Shown here: positions 44,899 to 55,425 of the stretch, one piece after another
How the letters are laid out: the number at the start of each line of letters is the position of its first letter
Position numbering within the stretch: position 1 is the stretch's first letter
NCBI GenBank assembly: GCA_001778055.1
Contig: MFFY01000061.1
Span: 515 to 64,514 of the forward strand
From: Candidatus Falkowbacteria bacterium RIFCSPLOWO2_12_FULL_45_13
GTDB taxonomy: Bacteria; Patescibacteriota; Patescibacteriia; Patescibacteriales; GWC2-42-12
Length of the DNA: 64,000 bases
Direction: 5' to 3'
Made by a program: the position numbers and the translations under genes
The notes under the pieces: model-generated
The model's input: only the letters and a program-made list of their open reading frames with translations
Database searches by the model: none
What the model was told of the DNA's origin: nothing

Positions 44899-46677
44899 TT
44901 ACATTCTATTTTTTATCTTTTTATTCACCTCTTTAATAAACTCCTGTTTGCCAATCTCGCGCGTGGTCTTCTCTCCCCTGTCCCGCACCGTCAATTTTAG
45001 AGACGCCATTTCCCGGTCACCCACCACCAGCATATACGGCACTTTCTCGCCTACGGCCTTTCTGATTTTATTGCCCACGGTTTCGTCCGAGTCGTCCGCT
45101 TCCGCTCTGACGCCGTTTTCCCTAAATTCAGCCGCCAATTTTTGGCAGAATTCCCCGTGAGCTTGGCCCACTGACGCTATTTTTACCTGCGTCGGCGAAA
45201 GCCAAACCGGAAAAGCGCCGGCGTAATGCTCGATTAAAAAAGCCATGGTTCTTTCGAAACAACCGATAGAGGAACGATGGATAACAATCGGCTCGTTTTC
45301 TTTGCCGTCTCTATCAATATATTTCATGGCAAATCTTTTGGGCATGACAAAGTCGTATTGGACGGTAAAAGCAGTCTCCTCCTGGCCGTTGATCTTCTTC
45401 ATCTGCACGTCAATCTTCGGCCCGTAAAAAGCGGCCTCGCCCTTGGCCTCAAAATAAGGCACGCCGATTTTTTCCAGAGTTTTTCTCAAAATACCTTCAG
45501 CTTTATCCCAGGCCGCGTCATCTTTATAAAACTTTTTATTATCGCCTCTGTCTCCCAAGGACAACCGATAGCGATAATCCTTGCCCTTGGCTAAACCAAA
45601 GATATTATAAGAGTAGTCTATTAAATCCAAAACATTCTTTATTTCATCCTCGGCCTGTTCTTTGGCGCAAATGATATGAGCGTCCGCCAGGCAGAACATT
45701 CTGACTCGCGTCAACCCCGACAGTTCTCCGCTTTTTTCATACCTGTATTGGTGCGCGATTTCGGCTAGTCTTAGCGGCAACTCTTTGTAGCTTCTGGGTC
45801 TGGAATTATAAAGCTCAAAATGATGCGGGCAGGTCATGGGCCGTAAAATCAATTCTTCTTCGTCAACTTTCATCATCGGATACATGGTGTCTTTATAATA
45901 CGGGTAATGGCCGGACTTTTTATATAGCTCCACCCTGGCCAAATTAGGAGTAACTACATGCTGATAGCCTCTTTTAGTCTCTTCTTCCAAAACAAATTTT
46001 TCCAGCTCCTTCCTGATGACCGTACCCTTTGGAGTAAGCAGGGGTAAGCCCTTGCCCACAATTTCAGAAAAGACGAATAAATCCAGCTCTTTGCCCAATT
46101 TTCGATGGTCCCGCTTCTCCGCTTCGGCCATCATCTTCAGGTGGTTTTCCAGCTCTTGCTTAGTGGCAAAGGCCAATCCATAAATCCGGGTCAGCATTTT
46201 ATTTTTTTCGCTCCCGCGCCAGTAAGCGCCGGCCAGTTTCGTCAACATAAAAGCTTCCGGATTTATCTCTTTAGTGGATTCAACGTGAGGTCCGGCGCAA
46301 AGATTATCAAAATTTTCCGACTTATAAAAACTGACGTTTTTCTCTCCGGCCGCCTTCAAATCTTTAATCAGCTCGGTTTTATATGGGTCGTGCTTGTATT
46401 GCTTAAGCGCCTGGGCAAAGCTCATCTGATGCTGCTTGAATTCTATGTTTTCACCAATCATTTCTCTCATGCGTTTTTCCAATTTGGGCAAGATGTCCGG
46501 ATTTAAGGCTTCGGGCAGATCATAATCCTGATAAAAGCCGTTTTCAATTACCGGCCCCACGCCCAGTCCGACCCGGGGATACAATTCACTAATTGCCATG
46601 CTCATCAGATGAGACAAGGAATGGCGAATTTTTTCCAACTTGCCTGCCGAAGCGGGCTTTTCATTTTTGTCTGACAT
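44899..46677 (-). CDS. thrS: Threonyl-tRNA synthetase
   Basis: 592 aa. Class II motifs (RDHRKLG, FRYEKSGELSGLTRVR, GAFYGPKID) and a C-terminal anticodon-binding domain. Confidence 0.95.
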   Translation of the reverse strand: MSDKNEKPASAGKLEKIRHSLSHLMSMAISELYPRVGLGVGPVIENGFYQDYDLPEALNPDILPKLEKRMREMIGENIEFKQHQMSFAQALKQYKHDPYKTELIKDLKAAGEKNVSFYKSENFDNLCAGPHVESTKEINPEAFMLTKLAGAYWRGSEKNKMLTRIYGLAFATKQELENHLKMMAEAEKRDHRKLGKELDLFVFSEIVGKGLPLLTPKGTVIRKELEKFVLEEETKRGYQHVVTPNLARVELYKKSGHYPYYKDTMYPMMKVDEEELILRPMTCPHHFELYNSRPRSYKELPLRLAEIAHQYRYEKSGELSGLTRVRMFCLADAHIICAKEQAEDEIKNVLDLIDYSYNIFGLAKGKDYRYRLSLGDRGDNKKFYKDDAAWDKAEGILRKTLEKIGVPYFEAKGEAAFYGPKIDVQMKKINGQEETAFTVQYDFVMPKRFAMKYIDRDGKENEPIVIHRSSIGCFERTMAFLIEHYAGAFPVWLSPTQVKIASVGQAHGEFCQKLAAEFRENGVRAEADDSDETVGNKIRKAVGEKVPYMLVVGDREMASLKLTVRDRGEKTTREIGKQEFIKEVNKKIKNRM

Positions 46678-47227
46678 ATTTTTTATTTAGTTTATTATAA
46701 TCATCCTTGGTTATGCCCATTATTATCTCGTCAACAAATTTACCATTTTTTCTTACCGACTGTTTTTTTATACCCTCAATTTTAAAACCGCACTTTTTGT
46801 AGCATCTTATGCCTCTGGGATTGAACTTAAAAACGCCCAATTCAACTCTATTCAATTTAAGCTTGCCAAAACAATATTTTAAAACTGTTTTTAAAACATC
46901 TGTCCCCAAGCCTTGACCCCAGTAACTTTTTTCGCCGATCATTACGCCCCAACTAGCTTTCAAATTTTTCTTTCTGTCAATTTCATGTAAGCCCGTATTA
47001 CCTATATGCGCGCCAGTCTTAGTATAAATTGCCCATCTAAGGTTGGTCTTGTTTCTATTGGATTTTTTTATAAACTCTTTTTCCCTCTTTAAATTTAAAC
47101 TGCTAAAATCGTTGCTTAAAAATTTTGTTACCTCGGAATCCTTAAGCCAGCGCATATAATTTTCCGCCTGTCTGATTACCAGCGGTTTTAAAATTATTTT
47201 TTTGCCTTTTAATGTTGGCCCCTTCAT
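46661..47227 (-). CDS. GNAT-family N-acetyltransferase (RimJ/RimL-like)
   Basis: 188 aa. Acetyl-CoA-binding region IGEKSYWGQGLGTDVLKTVLKYCF... and a C-terminal GFK.EG motif. Overlaps the thrS start by 17 bp. Confidence 0.7.
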   Translation of the reverse strand: MKGPTLKGKKIILKPLVIRQAENYMRWLKDSEVTKFLSNDFSSLNLKREKEFIKKSNRNKTNLRWAIYTKTGAHIGNTGLHEIDRKKNLKASWGVMIGEKSYWGQGLGTDVLKTVLKYCFGKLKLNRVELGVFKFNPRGIRCYKKCGFKIEGIKKQSVRKNGKFVDEIIMGITKDDYNKLNKKYVRQK

Positions 47228-47236
47228 ATGTTAAAA

Positions 47237-47290
47237 AGGCTCGTCCCGAACACCTAAAAAAATAAATGTTCGGGACGAGCCTTTAATAGG
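47237..47290 (-). terminator. Rho-independent terminator (aggctcgtcccgaacac ... gttcgggacgagcct plus T-run), likely for the 47411-47878 gene
   Basis: 15-bp perfect stem, and the minus-strand RNA is followed by UUUUUAAC. Confidence 0.65.
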
Positions 47291-47410
47291 TCCGTGGTTC
47301 CACCCGATTTCCCCCATTTTTGGGAGCGCTCTTCAGTCTGGCTTAGTCCCACGACGGGATCCCGCTATTTGCGGGACTATACTTGGTAATATAGCAATCG
47401 CCTTTAGAAT

Positions 47411-47878
47411 TTACTTTAACAAATTTATTAATATCTCCAATTCTTGTGGATTGGCAATTTTCTCTCTCTTGAATATATTGATCACTTTCATCTTCCAATT
47501 CTTATCGCGTTCCTGATCGCCTTTCATGTAAGAAATTATGTCTCCTTTATTTTCAGCGAGCTTAACGTCAATATAATTTTTCATCTCATGGCGATGTCTG
47601 CCGATTTCACCGCTTACTATTCTGCTGACCGCCGGCAGAATAACTTCCTCGGCAAACTTACCTAATTTAACATCAAGAGATTTATCAATCTCCCCAAATT
47701 TTTTATCAAAAAATAGATTAACTTCGCCAAATTTTTTATCAAATTTAGCGTCAAAAGATTTATCTAATTTATTATATAAATTATCTAAATCAACTCTGGT
47801 TATCGGTTTGTTTTTATCTTTTTTTATCATGGTTTTATTATATTTTAACCAAACAAAAATGTCAATCTGCGCGGACAA
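47411..47878 (-). CDS. Hypothetical protein with internal FDKKFGE-type tandem repeats
   Basis: 155 aa. The DKSFDAKFDKKFGEVNLFFDKKFGEIDKSLDVKLGKF repeat region is visible at both DNA and protein level. Confidence 0.45.
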   Translation of the reverse strand: MSAQIDIFVWLKYNKTMIKKDKNKPITRVDLDNLYNKLDKSFDAKFDKKFGEVNLFFDKKFGEIDKSLDVKLGKFAEEVILPAVSRIVSGEIGRHRHEMKNYIDVKLAENKGDIISYMKGDQERDKNWKMKVINIFKREKIANPQELEILINLLK

Positions 47879-47893
47879 TCAGCGAATCGCCCC

Positions 47894-49243
47894 CTACTTC
47901 TTTATCACCACCTCAATCCGGTCAACCAGGTTCGGCATCTTTTTCAAAAAGGCGGGGAAAAACTTTACTTCATAACCCGCCACTTCAGGCAGACTATTTA
48001 AATAGGCTTTTAGCTGCTCATTATTCAAACCAGCCAAATTATTTTTCTTGATTATTTTCGCGTTGTCTTTAAGCGTCACTTTAGCGACAAAATCAACGTC
48101 AACCGTGGCCGTGCCTTGGCTTAAATTTATGCCGCCTAAATGATACGCTGTATCCGCGCGTCTTAATTCAACAATTTCTTTGTCATCAGCCAAGGCATTA
48201 ATTAGCTTGGCCCGGACCTGACTATAAATATCATTATCCTTAAAAGCCGCTACTGTAATCTTGGTTTTTATTTTAATGGTAAATTTATCTTTTTCCTCTC
48301 CGACCTTGCCTTGCACTTCCTGGCTAATCGAATTGTTGTCAACTTCAATAATCGACTGTTCATATTCCTGATAAGCTTGGCTAATTTCTTTTTTAGCGTT
48401 GGTTAATAAACTTAACTTTAAACCGCTAACAGCCTTATCAATATCGCTTTGCGTGATTATATATTTAACCTTTTCCTGATAGGCCATTGGCGACTGACTC
48501 TGAGCGTAAATTTTATCTTGTAACCCGGCCCAAAGTCCGGGAATGGTAAATTTGCTCGGACCGATGGCCATATCAGGCTTGGCTTCATCAGCGTAAACTT
48601 CGGCCACTACCCGGCCCCCGGCCGGCACATTAACGGTATTTTTTAATCTAAACAATTTATTGTCCTGCGACAGTAGCCTAGTGGTGGCCACTAGGGGCTG
48701 ATTCTTCAGATAATCATTTATAATCGTCACCTGGCCCGTAACTTCTTCGCCCAAAATTTTTTTGCCGGTAGCGGTGAAGGTTTGCGATTGCTCCAGCGGC
48801 ACCTGCCTGACGATGCCCAGAATTTCTCCTTGAGCCATGCCGGCCGTACTATCCATATCAACTATGGTGACGTTTAAACTATCAGTAACTTTCTCTTGAG
48901 TCGGAATAATAATCAAAGTCGCCTTGGCAAAGCCTAAATATAACACGGCTAAAACCAAAATAACGGTTAAGGCGATGAAACTGCCGGCAATCTTAAAATA
49001 AATATTTTTCGCCTCGCTCTTTTTCGCGGCCGTTAAATTTTCTTTAATTTTATATCCAGCTCTTGGCATCGACTGAATAGTATTAAAATTTTCATTTATT
49101 TTAAAAGGCGGTTTGTCCGCTTTTCTGACGCCGATGGCGACTCCTGCTTTGGTTGATTTTCTAGATGTTCTTTGCTTGGATTTTTTTACGGCTGCTTGTG
49201 GCGGAACTAAAAAATTTGTTTCTGGCATATAAATTTCGCGCAA
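47894..49243 (-). CDS. Hypothetical membrane-anchored extracytoplasmic protein
   Basis: 449 aa. Basic N-terminus, a single TM helix (IAGSFIALTVILVLAVLYLGF), and a large domain with no recognisable family. Confidence 0.5.
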   Translation of the reverse strand: MREIYMPETNFLVPPQAAVKKSKQRTSRKSTKAGVAIGVRKADKPPFKINENFNTIQSMPRAGYKIKENLTAAKKSEAKNIYFKIAGSFIALTVILVLAVLYLGFAKATLIIIPTQEKVTDSLNVTIVDMDSTAGMAQGEILGIVRQVPLEQSQTFTATGKKILGEEVTGQVTIINDYLKNQPLVATTRLLSQDNKLFRLKNTVNVPAGGRVVAEVYADEAKPDMAIGPSKFTIPGLWAGLQDKIYAQSQSPMAYQEKVKYIITQSDIDKAVSGLKLSLLTNAKKEISQAYQEYEQSIIEVDNNSISQEVQGKVGEEKDKFTIKIKTKITVAAFKDNDIYSQVRAKLINALADDKEIVELRRADTAYHLGGINLSQGTATVDVDFVAKVTLKDNAKIIKKNNLAGLNNEQLKAYLNSLPEVAGYEVKFFPAFLKKMPNLVDRIEVVIKK

Positions 49244-49263
49244 CCTGCCTGCCGATAGGCAGG

Positions 49264-49356
49264 CTCATAACTCGTAGCTCGCAACTCTTTTACCTAATAT
49301 TTTGAGTTATGAGCTATGGGTTATGGGTTATGAGTTACGAGTTGTGAGTTATGAGA
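49264..49356. repeat. Intergenic copy of the GAGTTATGAG / CTCATAACTC palindromic element (same family as the cca insert)
   Basis: ctcataactcgtagctcgcaactc...gagttatgagctatgggttatgggttatgagttacgagttgtgagttatgag, between the hypothetical gene and the dnaE stop. Confidence 0.75.
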
Positions 49357-49390
49357 TTAATATTATTTTACCAGCTTTCAGCCATTCTGT

Positions 49391-52300
49391 CTAATCTAAA
49401 ATCTTGTTTATTGCTTCAACCATATCCCGGCTGTAATTTACCTTAAAATCGGTTTTCACCAGGTTAGTCTTAGCGCCGGAAATTAATTTAAAAAAGACTT
49501 TTTTGTCGCCGCTATTTTTTATTAAAATTTGCTTTAATTTAGCTAATATTAACTCATTGATGTTGCCATTTAAAGTTATGAAGAGCTTGTCATTTTTAAG
49601 AACTAGGTTCTTGGCGGCCGGTAAGGCGCCAGCCCACGCCGGCTGGCTGGCTGACGAAACGGCTTGGAGCGAGGGATAGCCGTAAGACACGGCGCCATTA
49701 GACGCCTTGGGGTAAAATCTTTTTATTCCACCATTGCTTTTATTATTACCGCTGGCCGTAAATTTATTTATGGCCTCGGCCGCGGTTTCGGAGGTTAGCT
49801 CCATGACTTTATTACAAAGCAATTTCAACTCCTGATCTTTGTCCGATAATTTTCCCTGGCAAAGCACGACTTTGCCTTCCTGCCAAATTAAATTGTTTTC
49901 TTTAAGAAGGCTGGGGAAAACTAAAATTTCCAGGCTGCCGGTCATATCTTCAATCTTGACAAACAGCATGGGTTCGGCAGAGCGGGTGATGATCTTCTTT
50001 ATTTTAGTTATCACTCCGCCCAAGCTAACCTGATAATCAGACTGATGCTCGGCTAAAGCGGCTACGGGCAGCACGGCTGAATTCAGTATTTTTTTGCAGC
50101 CGGAAAAGGGATGATCGCTGATATAGAGCCCGAGCAATTCTTTTTCCCAGGCTAATTTTTCCCGCGCCGTGGCCGCCGGCGCCGGTCCTAACTTAATCCG
50201 GCGGTTAAAATTTATGCTGGGAGCGTCCATAAATAAACTGGCCTGGCAATTGGATTTTGATTTGGCGATGTCGCGGTTAAATCCCAAAATATTTTCCATA
50301 TTGCCCAAGAGCTGACCGCGTTCGCCGAAATTATCCAAGCTACCGCTTTTGACCAGGCTCTCCAGCGATTTTTTATTTAAATCTTTATCGCAGACTCTTT
50401 CCAATAAGTCAGTGATATCTTTATACGGGCCATGCTGTTTGCGCTCCTTGATGATCTCCTCGGCAATATGGCCGCCGATATTTTTTATGGCTTTAAGCCC
50501 GAAACGGATTGTTTTGGACTCTTCATTCTGGCCAACCGCCTGATTTCTCTCCGTGCCGCTGGTTACCACGGTAAAGGATTCGTATGATTGATTAATGTCC
50601 GGCGCCATCACTTTTATGCCCATGTGGCGGCATTCCTCAATTTCAATGGCAATGCGGTCGATATTCTCCTGATCGGCGGTCAAAAGCGCGGCCATGAATT
50701 CTGCCGGCCAGCGCGCTTTTAAATAGGCGGTTTGATAACCGATCAAAGCGTAGCAGGCGGCATGGCTCCTATTAAAGCCGTAGCCGGCGAATGGCTCGAT
50801 AAAGGAAAAGATGTTTTCCGCTTGCTGGCTGGAGATGCCGTTTTTAACGCAGCCGTCGATAAACTTTTCTTTTTGTTCAGCCAGCAATTTCACTATTTTT
50901 TTGCCCATGGCTTTTCTTAAAACATCGGCTTCGGCCATGGTAAAGCCGGCCAAATCCCTGGCCATCCGCATCACCTGCTCCTGATAAATGGCCACGCCAT
51001 AGGTTTTTTTTAGGATCGGCTCCAGCTTGGCGTGAAGTAGCCGCGGTTTTTTTAGGGCCTTCTTGCCGTTGATATAATCGGGAATCCATTCCATCGGCCC
51101 GGGGCGATAGAGCGCTACCATGGCGATGATATCTTCAAACTCAGTGGGTTTAAGCTCGCGCAAATACCTTTTCATGCCGCTGGATTCAAATTGAAAGACG
51201 CCGGTGGTTTCTCCGGCCTGGAATAGTTTATAGGTCAAAGCGTCATTTTGCGGAATTTTATCTATATCAATCGCCAGGTCGCGGGTATTTTTAATAATCT
51301 TAATGGCCGACTCGATAATGGTCAGATTTTTTAAACCCAGAAAATCCATTTTTAAAAGACCCAAATCTTCCACCGGGTGCAAAGAATATTGCGAGATCAC
51401 GCTGCGATCAGAAGAGGAGGCGTATTGCAAAGGCAGATATTCGGTTAAAGGATCCTTGGTGATGACTACGCCGCAGGCGTGGGTGGAGGCGTGCCGCGCC
51501 ACGCCCTCCAGCCGCCGGGCGTAATCAATGATCCGCCGGGCCGATTCATCGTTTCTGTAAAGCTCTTTTAATTCGCCGACTTCCTCGACCGCTTGCTTGA
51601 TTTTAGAAAACATCGGGATCATCTTAGCCAGTTTATCGCAAAATTCGTAAGGATAATTAAGCGCCCGGCCGACGTCGCGGATGGCGGCCCGGGCGGCCAT
51701 GGTGCCGAAAGTGATAATTTGCGCCACATGGTCTTTGCCATATTTCTCTTCCACGTAACGGAGCACTTCATCGCGCCTGGCGTCGGCAAAATCCATGTCA
51801 ATATCCGGCATGGAAATCCGGTCGGGATTTAAAAACCTCTCAAACAGCAAATCGTACTTAAGCGGGTCAATATTAGTGATATTCAATAAATACGAAACCA
51901 GCGAACCGGCGGCCGAACCGCGGCCCGGTCCGACCACGATGTTATTTGATTTGGCCCAGTTGACGAAATCCGCCACAATTAAAAAATAAGACGGCCAGCC
52001 CATTTTTTTAATGACGGTCAGTTCGTAATCCATTCTGGCTTTAATTGTCGGGTCAATTTGCTCATAATTTTTGCCGTAACGAATCATTAAGCCCTGATGG
52101 CATAAATTATCCAGATAAGCTTCAATCTCCTGCCCGCCCGGCGTGAGGAAAAACGGCAACTGAATTTTTCCCAGCTCTAATTCCAGATTGCATAAAGCGG
52201 CGATTTTTTCCGTGTTCAAGATGGCTTCGGGCGTCTCCTTAAAAGCTTCGATCATCTCTTTGGTCGGCCGGAAAGAATAATCGCCTCCCAGCATCATCAT

Positions 52301-53005
52301 GCGATCGCGGTCTTCTTTTTTCTTCTTGGTCTGCAAGCATAATAAAACATCCTGCGGCTCGTCATCATCTTTATTCAAATAGTGGATATCGTTAGTCGCC
52401 ACCAGCGGGAGATTAAGTTCCCGGGAGATGGCGATAAGCGCCTGATTAACCGGCCCCTGCTCCGCCAGATTGGGATGGCTTTGCAGTTCCAGGTAAAAAT
52501 TACCCGGACCGAACAGCTGGCTGTATTCCAACACTCTTTTTTTGGCCTTGTCTAACTTCCCCGCCGTAACGAGGCGCGGGATTTCCCCGGCCAAACAAGC
52601 GGTTAAAGCGATCAAGCCTTCGCAGTGCTTGGACAAAACTTCCCAATCAATTCTGGGCTTATAATAAAAGCCTTCCAGGTGGGCGATGGAAGTCAGTTTG
52701 ATTAAATTTTGGTAGCCAACCCTATTTTTCGCCAACAGCACCAGGTGGTAATTCCTTCCGTCGGATTTAACATTTTTATCCAGCCGCGACCCGGGCGCCA
52801 GATAAGTTTCCACGCCGATGATTGGTTTAAGGCCGGCCTGTTTGCATTTCTGATAAAATTCAATTACGCCGTACATGACGCCATGGTCGGTCAAGGCCAG
52901 GCTGGTCGAACCCTCGTCCTTGGCTTTTTTTACCAGCTCGTCAATTTTGGTTAAGCCGTCCAGCAAAGAATAATGGCTATGGACATGGAGATGTGTAAAT
53001 TGCAT
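49391..53005 (-). CDS. dnaE: DNA polymerase III alpha subunit
   Basis: 1204 aa. N-terminal PHP domain FTHLHVHSHYSLLDG, polymerase core (PDIDMDF, GLLKMDFLGLKNL) and OB-fold region. Confidence 0.95.
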   Translation of the reverse strand: MQFTHLHVHSHYSLLDGLTKIDELVKKAKDEGSTSLALTDHGVMYGVIEFYQKCKQAGLKPIIGVETYLAPGSRLDKNVKSDGRNYHLVLLAKNRVGYQNLIKLTSIAHLEGFYYKPRIDWEVLSKHCEGLIALTACLAGEIPRLVTAGKLDKAKKRVLEYSQLFGPGNFYLELQSHPNLAEQGPVNQALIAISRELNLPLVATNDIHYLNKDDDEPQDVLLCLQTKKKKEDRDRMMMLGGDYSFRPTKEMIEAFKETPEAILNTEKIAALCNLELELGKIQLPFFLTPGGQEIEAYLDNLCHQGLMIRYGKNYEQIDPTIKARMDYELTVIKKMGWPSYFLIVADFVNWAKSNNIVVGPGRGSAAGSLVSYLLNITNIDPLKYDLLFERFLNPDRISMPDIDMDFADARRDEVLRYVEEKYGKDHVAQIITFGTMAARAAIRDVGRALNYPYEFCDKLAKMIPMFSKIKQAVEEVGELKELYRNDESARRIIDYARRLEGVARHASTHACGVVITKDPLTEYLPLQYASSSDRSVISQYSLHPVEDLGLLKMDFLGLKNLTIIESAIKIIKNTRDLAIDIDKIPQNDALTYKLFQAGETTGVFQFESSGMKRYLRELKPTEFEDIIAMVALYRPGPMEWIPDYINGKKALKKPRLLHAKLEPILKKTYGVAIYQEQVMRMARDLAGFTMAEADVLRKAMGKKIVKLLAEQKEKFIDGCVKNGISSQQAENIFSFIEPFAGYGFNRSHAACYALIGYQTAYLKARWPAEFMAALLTADQENIDRIAIEIEECRHMGIKVMAPDINQSYESFTVVTSGTERNQAVGQNEESKTIRFGLKAIKNIGGHIAEEIIKERKQHGPYKDITDLLERVCDKDLNKKSLESLVKSGSLDNFGERGQLLGNMENILGFNRDIAKSKSNCQASLFMDAPSINFNRRIKLGPAPAATAREKLAWEKELLGLYISDHPFSGCKKILNSAVLPVAALAEHQSDYQVSLGGVITKIKKIITRSAEPMLFVKIEDMTGSLEILVFPSLLKENNLIWQEGKVVLCQGKLSDKDQELKLLCNKVMELTSETAAEAINKFTASGNNKSNGGIKRFYPKASNGAVSYGYPSLQAVSSASQPAWAGALPAAKNLVLKNDKLFITLNGNINELILAKLKQILIKNSGDKKVFFKLISGAKTNLVKTDFKVNYSRDMVEAINKILD

Positions 53006-53278
53006 ACCTGCTGACTTATTATGCGCGTTGTTCTTAATTCATTGGCCCTACAAATCTACGAATCCACTAAAAATATACAAATATTTGTAAATTCGTTATT
53101 TTATTCGTTGATTCGTTAGGGTTTTGATTATTATAATATAACATTTTTTCCGGTAATGGCAAACTTTTAATTTAAACGGTCTTTTTTTATTTTAAAAATT
53201 TCGTCGCCAAGCAAAAAACAGGCTTTAAAATTTTAAACCTGTCTTTTACTTCTTACTTCCTACTTCTTACTTCTAACT

Positions 53279-54157
53279 TCACTTCTTAATTTTATTAGTC
53301 AGCTCGCCCAGCTCTTCGTCCGAGAAAAAATAAATAATGACTTCCCCGCCCTTGCCTTTCCTTTTAATTTCCGCTTTGGTGCCGAAAAACTGGCGGAAAG
53401 CAAATTCCTTGTCTTTATCGGCGTAGTTAATTTTTATTCTGGCCTGTTTGGTCCCGCCCATAACCCTGGTCTCTTTGACAGCGTCACTGACCGTCATTTG
53501 ACCGCGCAATATTTTTTTAAATAAAGCCATCTGCTTGACCTCGTTTTCCAGACCGGCGATTGTTTTGGCATGGCCCTCGTTAATCCGGCCTTCAATCAGG
53601 GCGGTTTGAATTTCTTCGGGCAAATTCAAAAGTCTGATGGCGTTGGCTATAACCGGCCGCGATTTGGAGAGCCTCAAAGCCAGTTCGTCCTGGCTTAAAT
53701 TAAATTCATCTATCAATTTGCGGTAAGCCACCGCGGCCTCAATCGGGTTTAAGTCTTCCCGCTGCAGGTTTTCCACCAGCGCCACTTCCAGTTTTTGCTG
53801 TTCGCTGGCCTGGCGGATAATCACCGGTATCAGCGGCAGGCCTAAAACTTTGGCCGCTCTTAAGCGGCGTTCGCCCGCGATTAATTCGTACTGGCCGTTT
53901 TTTTGCGTTACTATCAATGGCTGAATGACGCCGTATTGCTTAATTGACGTCGCCAGCTCGCTTTGCTGGAGCTCGCTAAAATTCCGGCGGGGCTGCAGGG
54001 GATTAAACCGTATTTGTTCCGGACTGATCTGATGTATCCGGTTCTTATCCGTTTCGCTAGCCACCTCAACCACGGCTTCGCCGCTTGAAGCCGTGGTAAC
54101 TTTTTTAACTTTTTGCGGAATCAGGGAACTAAGTCCCCTGCCTAAGCTATTGGACAT
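53279..54157 (-). CDS. parB: Chromosome partitioning protein ParB (Spo0J)
   Basis: 292 aa. ParB box [27 protein letters not shown], and an HTH region. Confidence 0.9.
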   Translation of the reverse strand: MSNSLGRGLSSLIPQKVKKVTTASSGEAVVEVASETDKNRIHQISPEQIRFNPLQPRRNFSELQQSELATSIKQYGVIQPLIVTQKNGQYELIAGERRLRAAKVLGLPLIPVIIRQASEQQKLEVALVENLQREDLNPIEAAVAYRKLIDEFNLSQDELALRLSKSRPVIANAIRLLNLPEEIQTALIEGRINEGHAKTIAGLENEVKQMALFKKILRGQMTVSDAVKETRVMGGTKQARIKINYADKDKEFAFRQFFGTKAEIKRKGKGGEVIIYFFSDEELGELTNKIKK

Positions 54158-54234
54158 ATTTTAATAAAATTTTAAATTTGAAATTTGAATTGAATTTAAA
54201 ATTACAAAATTTAAAATTGATTTAAATTATAAAT

Positions 54235-55008
54235 TTAAAATTTAGACCTTTCCAAATCCATCACTTCCCTGGCCAGCTTTTCGTAAGCCCGGCCGCCTTT
54301 TGATTTAGGGTCGTAATATAAAATCGAACGGCCATAGCTCGGCGCCTCGGCCAGCTTGACGCTTCTGGGGATAATGCTCCTAAAAACTTTGTTGGGAAAA
54401 TATTGGTAGAGCTCGTTCATGACCGATCCGGATAGGCGGTTCCTTTTATCAAACATGGTTATGACCGCGCCCATAATGCCCAGCCCCGCCTTTAAATTGC
54501 TTTGCACCAGGCTGATGGTGTCCAATAACTGGCCTAAGCCTTCCAGGGCGAAATATTCGCTCTGGATGGGAATTAAGACTTCGTCAGCCGCCACCAGGCT
54601 GTTGACGGTTAACAGCCCCAGCGAGGGCGGCCCGTCAATAATGATATAATCATATTCGTCTTTAATCTGGTCCAAAATTTGCGCCAACCTAAATTCCCGG
54701 TTTTCCAAATTAACCAGTTCAATGCCGGCGCCGGCCAAAGCAATCGTGGCCGGAGCGATCTTATAGCCGTCCTGCAAAGTATATTTGATGACTTCAAAGA
54801 TCGGCTTATGCCCGATCAGGGCTTCGTAAATGCCGTGTTCCAAATTTTTATGGTCAATCCCTAAGCCGGACGTGGCGTTGGCCTGCGGATCAATGTCAAC
54901 CAACAGCACCTGTTTGCCCAAATAGGCCAGATAAGCGCCCAAATTCAAGGCGGTAGTGGTTTTGCCCACCCCGCCCTTTTGATTGACAATGGAGATTATT
55001 TTACCCAT
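54235..55008 (-). CDS. parA: Chromosome partitioning ATPase ParA (Soj)
   Basis: 257 aa. Deviant Walker A KGGVGKTTTALNLGAYLA, then VLLVDIDPQANAT. Confidence 0.9.
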   Translation of the reverse strand: MGKIISIVNQKGGVGKTTTALNLGAYLAYLGKQVLLVDIDPQANATSGLGIDHKNLEHGIYEALIGHKPIFEVIKYTLQDGYKIAPATIALAGAGIELVNLENREFRLAQILDQIKDEYDYIIIDGPPSLGLLTVNSLVAADEVLIPIQSEYFALEGLGQLLDTISLVQSNLKAGLGIMGAVITMFDKRNRLSGSVMNELYQYFPNKVFRSIIPRSVKLAEAPSYGRSILYYDPKSKGGRAYEKLAREVMDLERSKF

Positions 55009-55210
55009 TTAGAATAAGAAACAATAATCAAGAAACAATAACCGAAACCAAGCAAAACATCCAAATTTCAAATTATTATTGTTTGTTGCTTGTATCTTGG
55101 TTATTGGTTATTTTTCACATTTATATTATACCCCATTTCCGCCCTCTTTGACAAATTTATAAAAAAAATTTATTATTATATCAGAATAAAACTAGCTTGA
55201 GCTGGTTTTT

Positions 55211-55397
55211 ATATAGAGATGGTTACAAAACTATTTCGTAGCGAAATTTAGATATTTTTCGGCCAGGCGAGGAAAACCAGCGAAATGATTTGAACCGTAA
55301 TAGTATTACGGTGAAAATCATTTCGCGCCAGTTTGACGAAGCCTGGCCGAAAAATAGCAAATTGCAGCAAAAATAGTTTTGTAACCATCTCATATAA
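55211..55397. repeat. Long (about 185 bp) near-perfect hairpin palindrome immediately upstream of tRNA-Leu
   Basis: Nested arms gagatggttacaaaactattt / aaatagttttgtaaccatctc (21 bp, perfect), atttttcggccaggc / gcctggccgaaaaat, cagcgaaatgattt / aaatcatttcgcgc, and the central palindrome ccgtaatagtattacgg. Confidence 0.8.
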
Positions 55398-55425
55398 AGG
55401 TAAGCTCAAAAAATCGAAAATTTTG

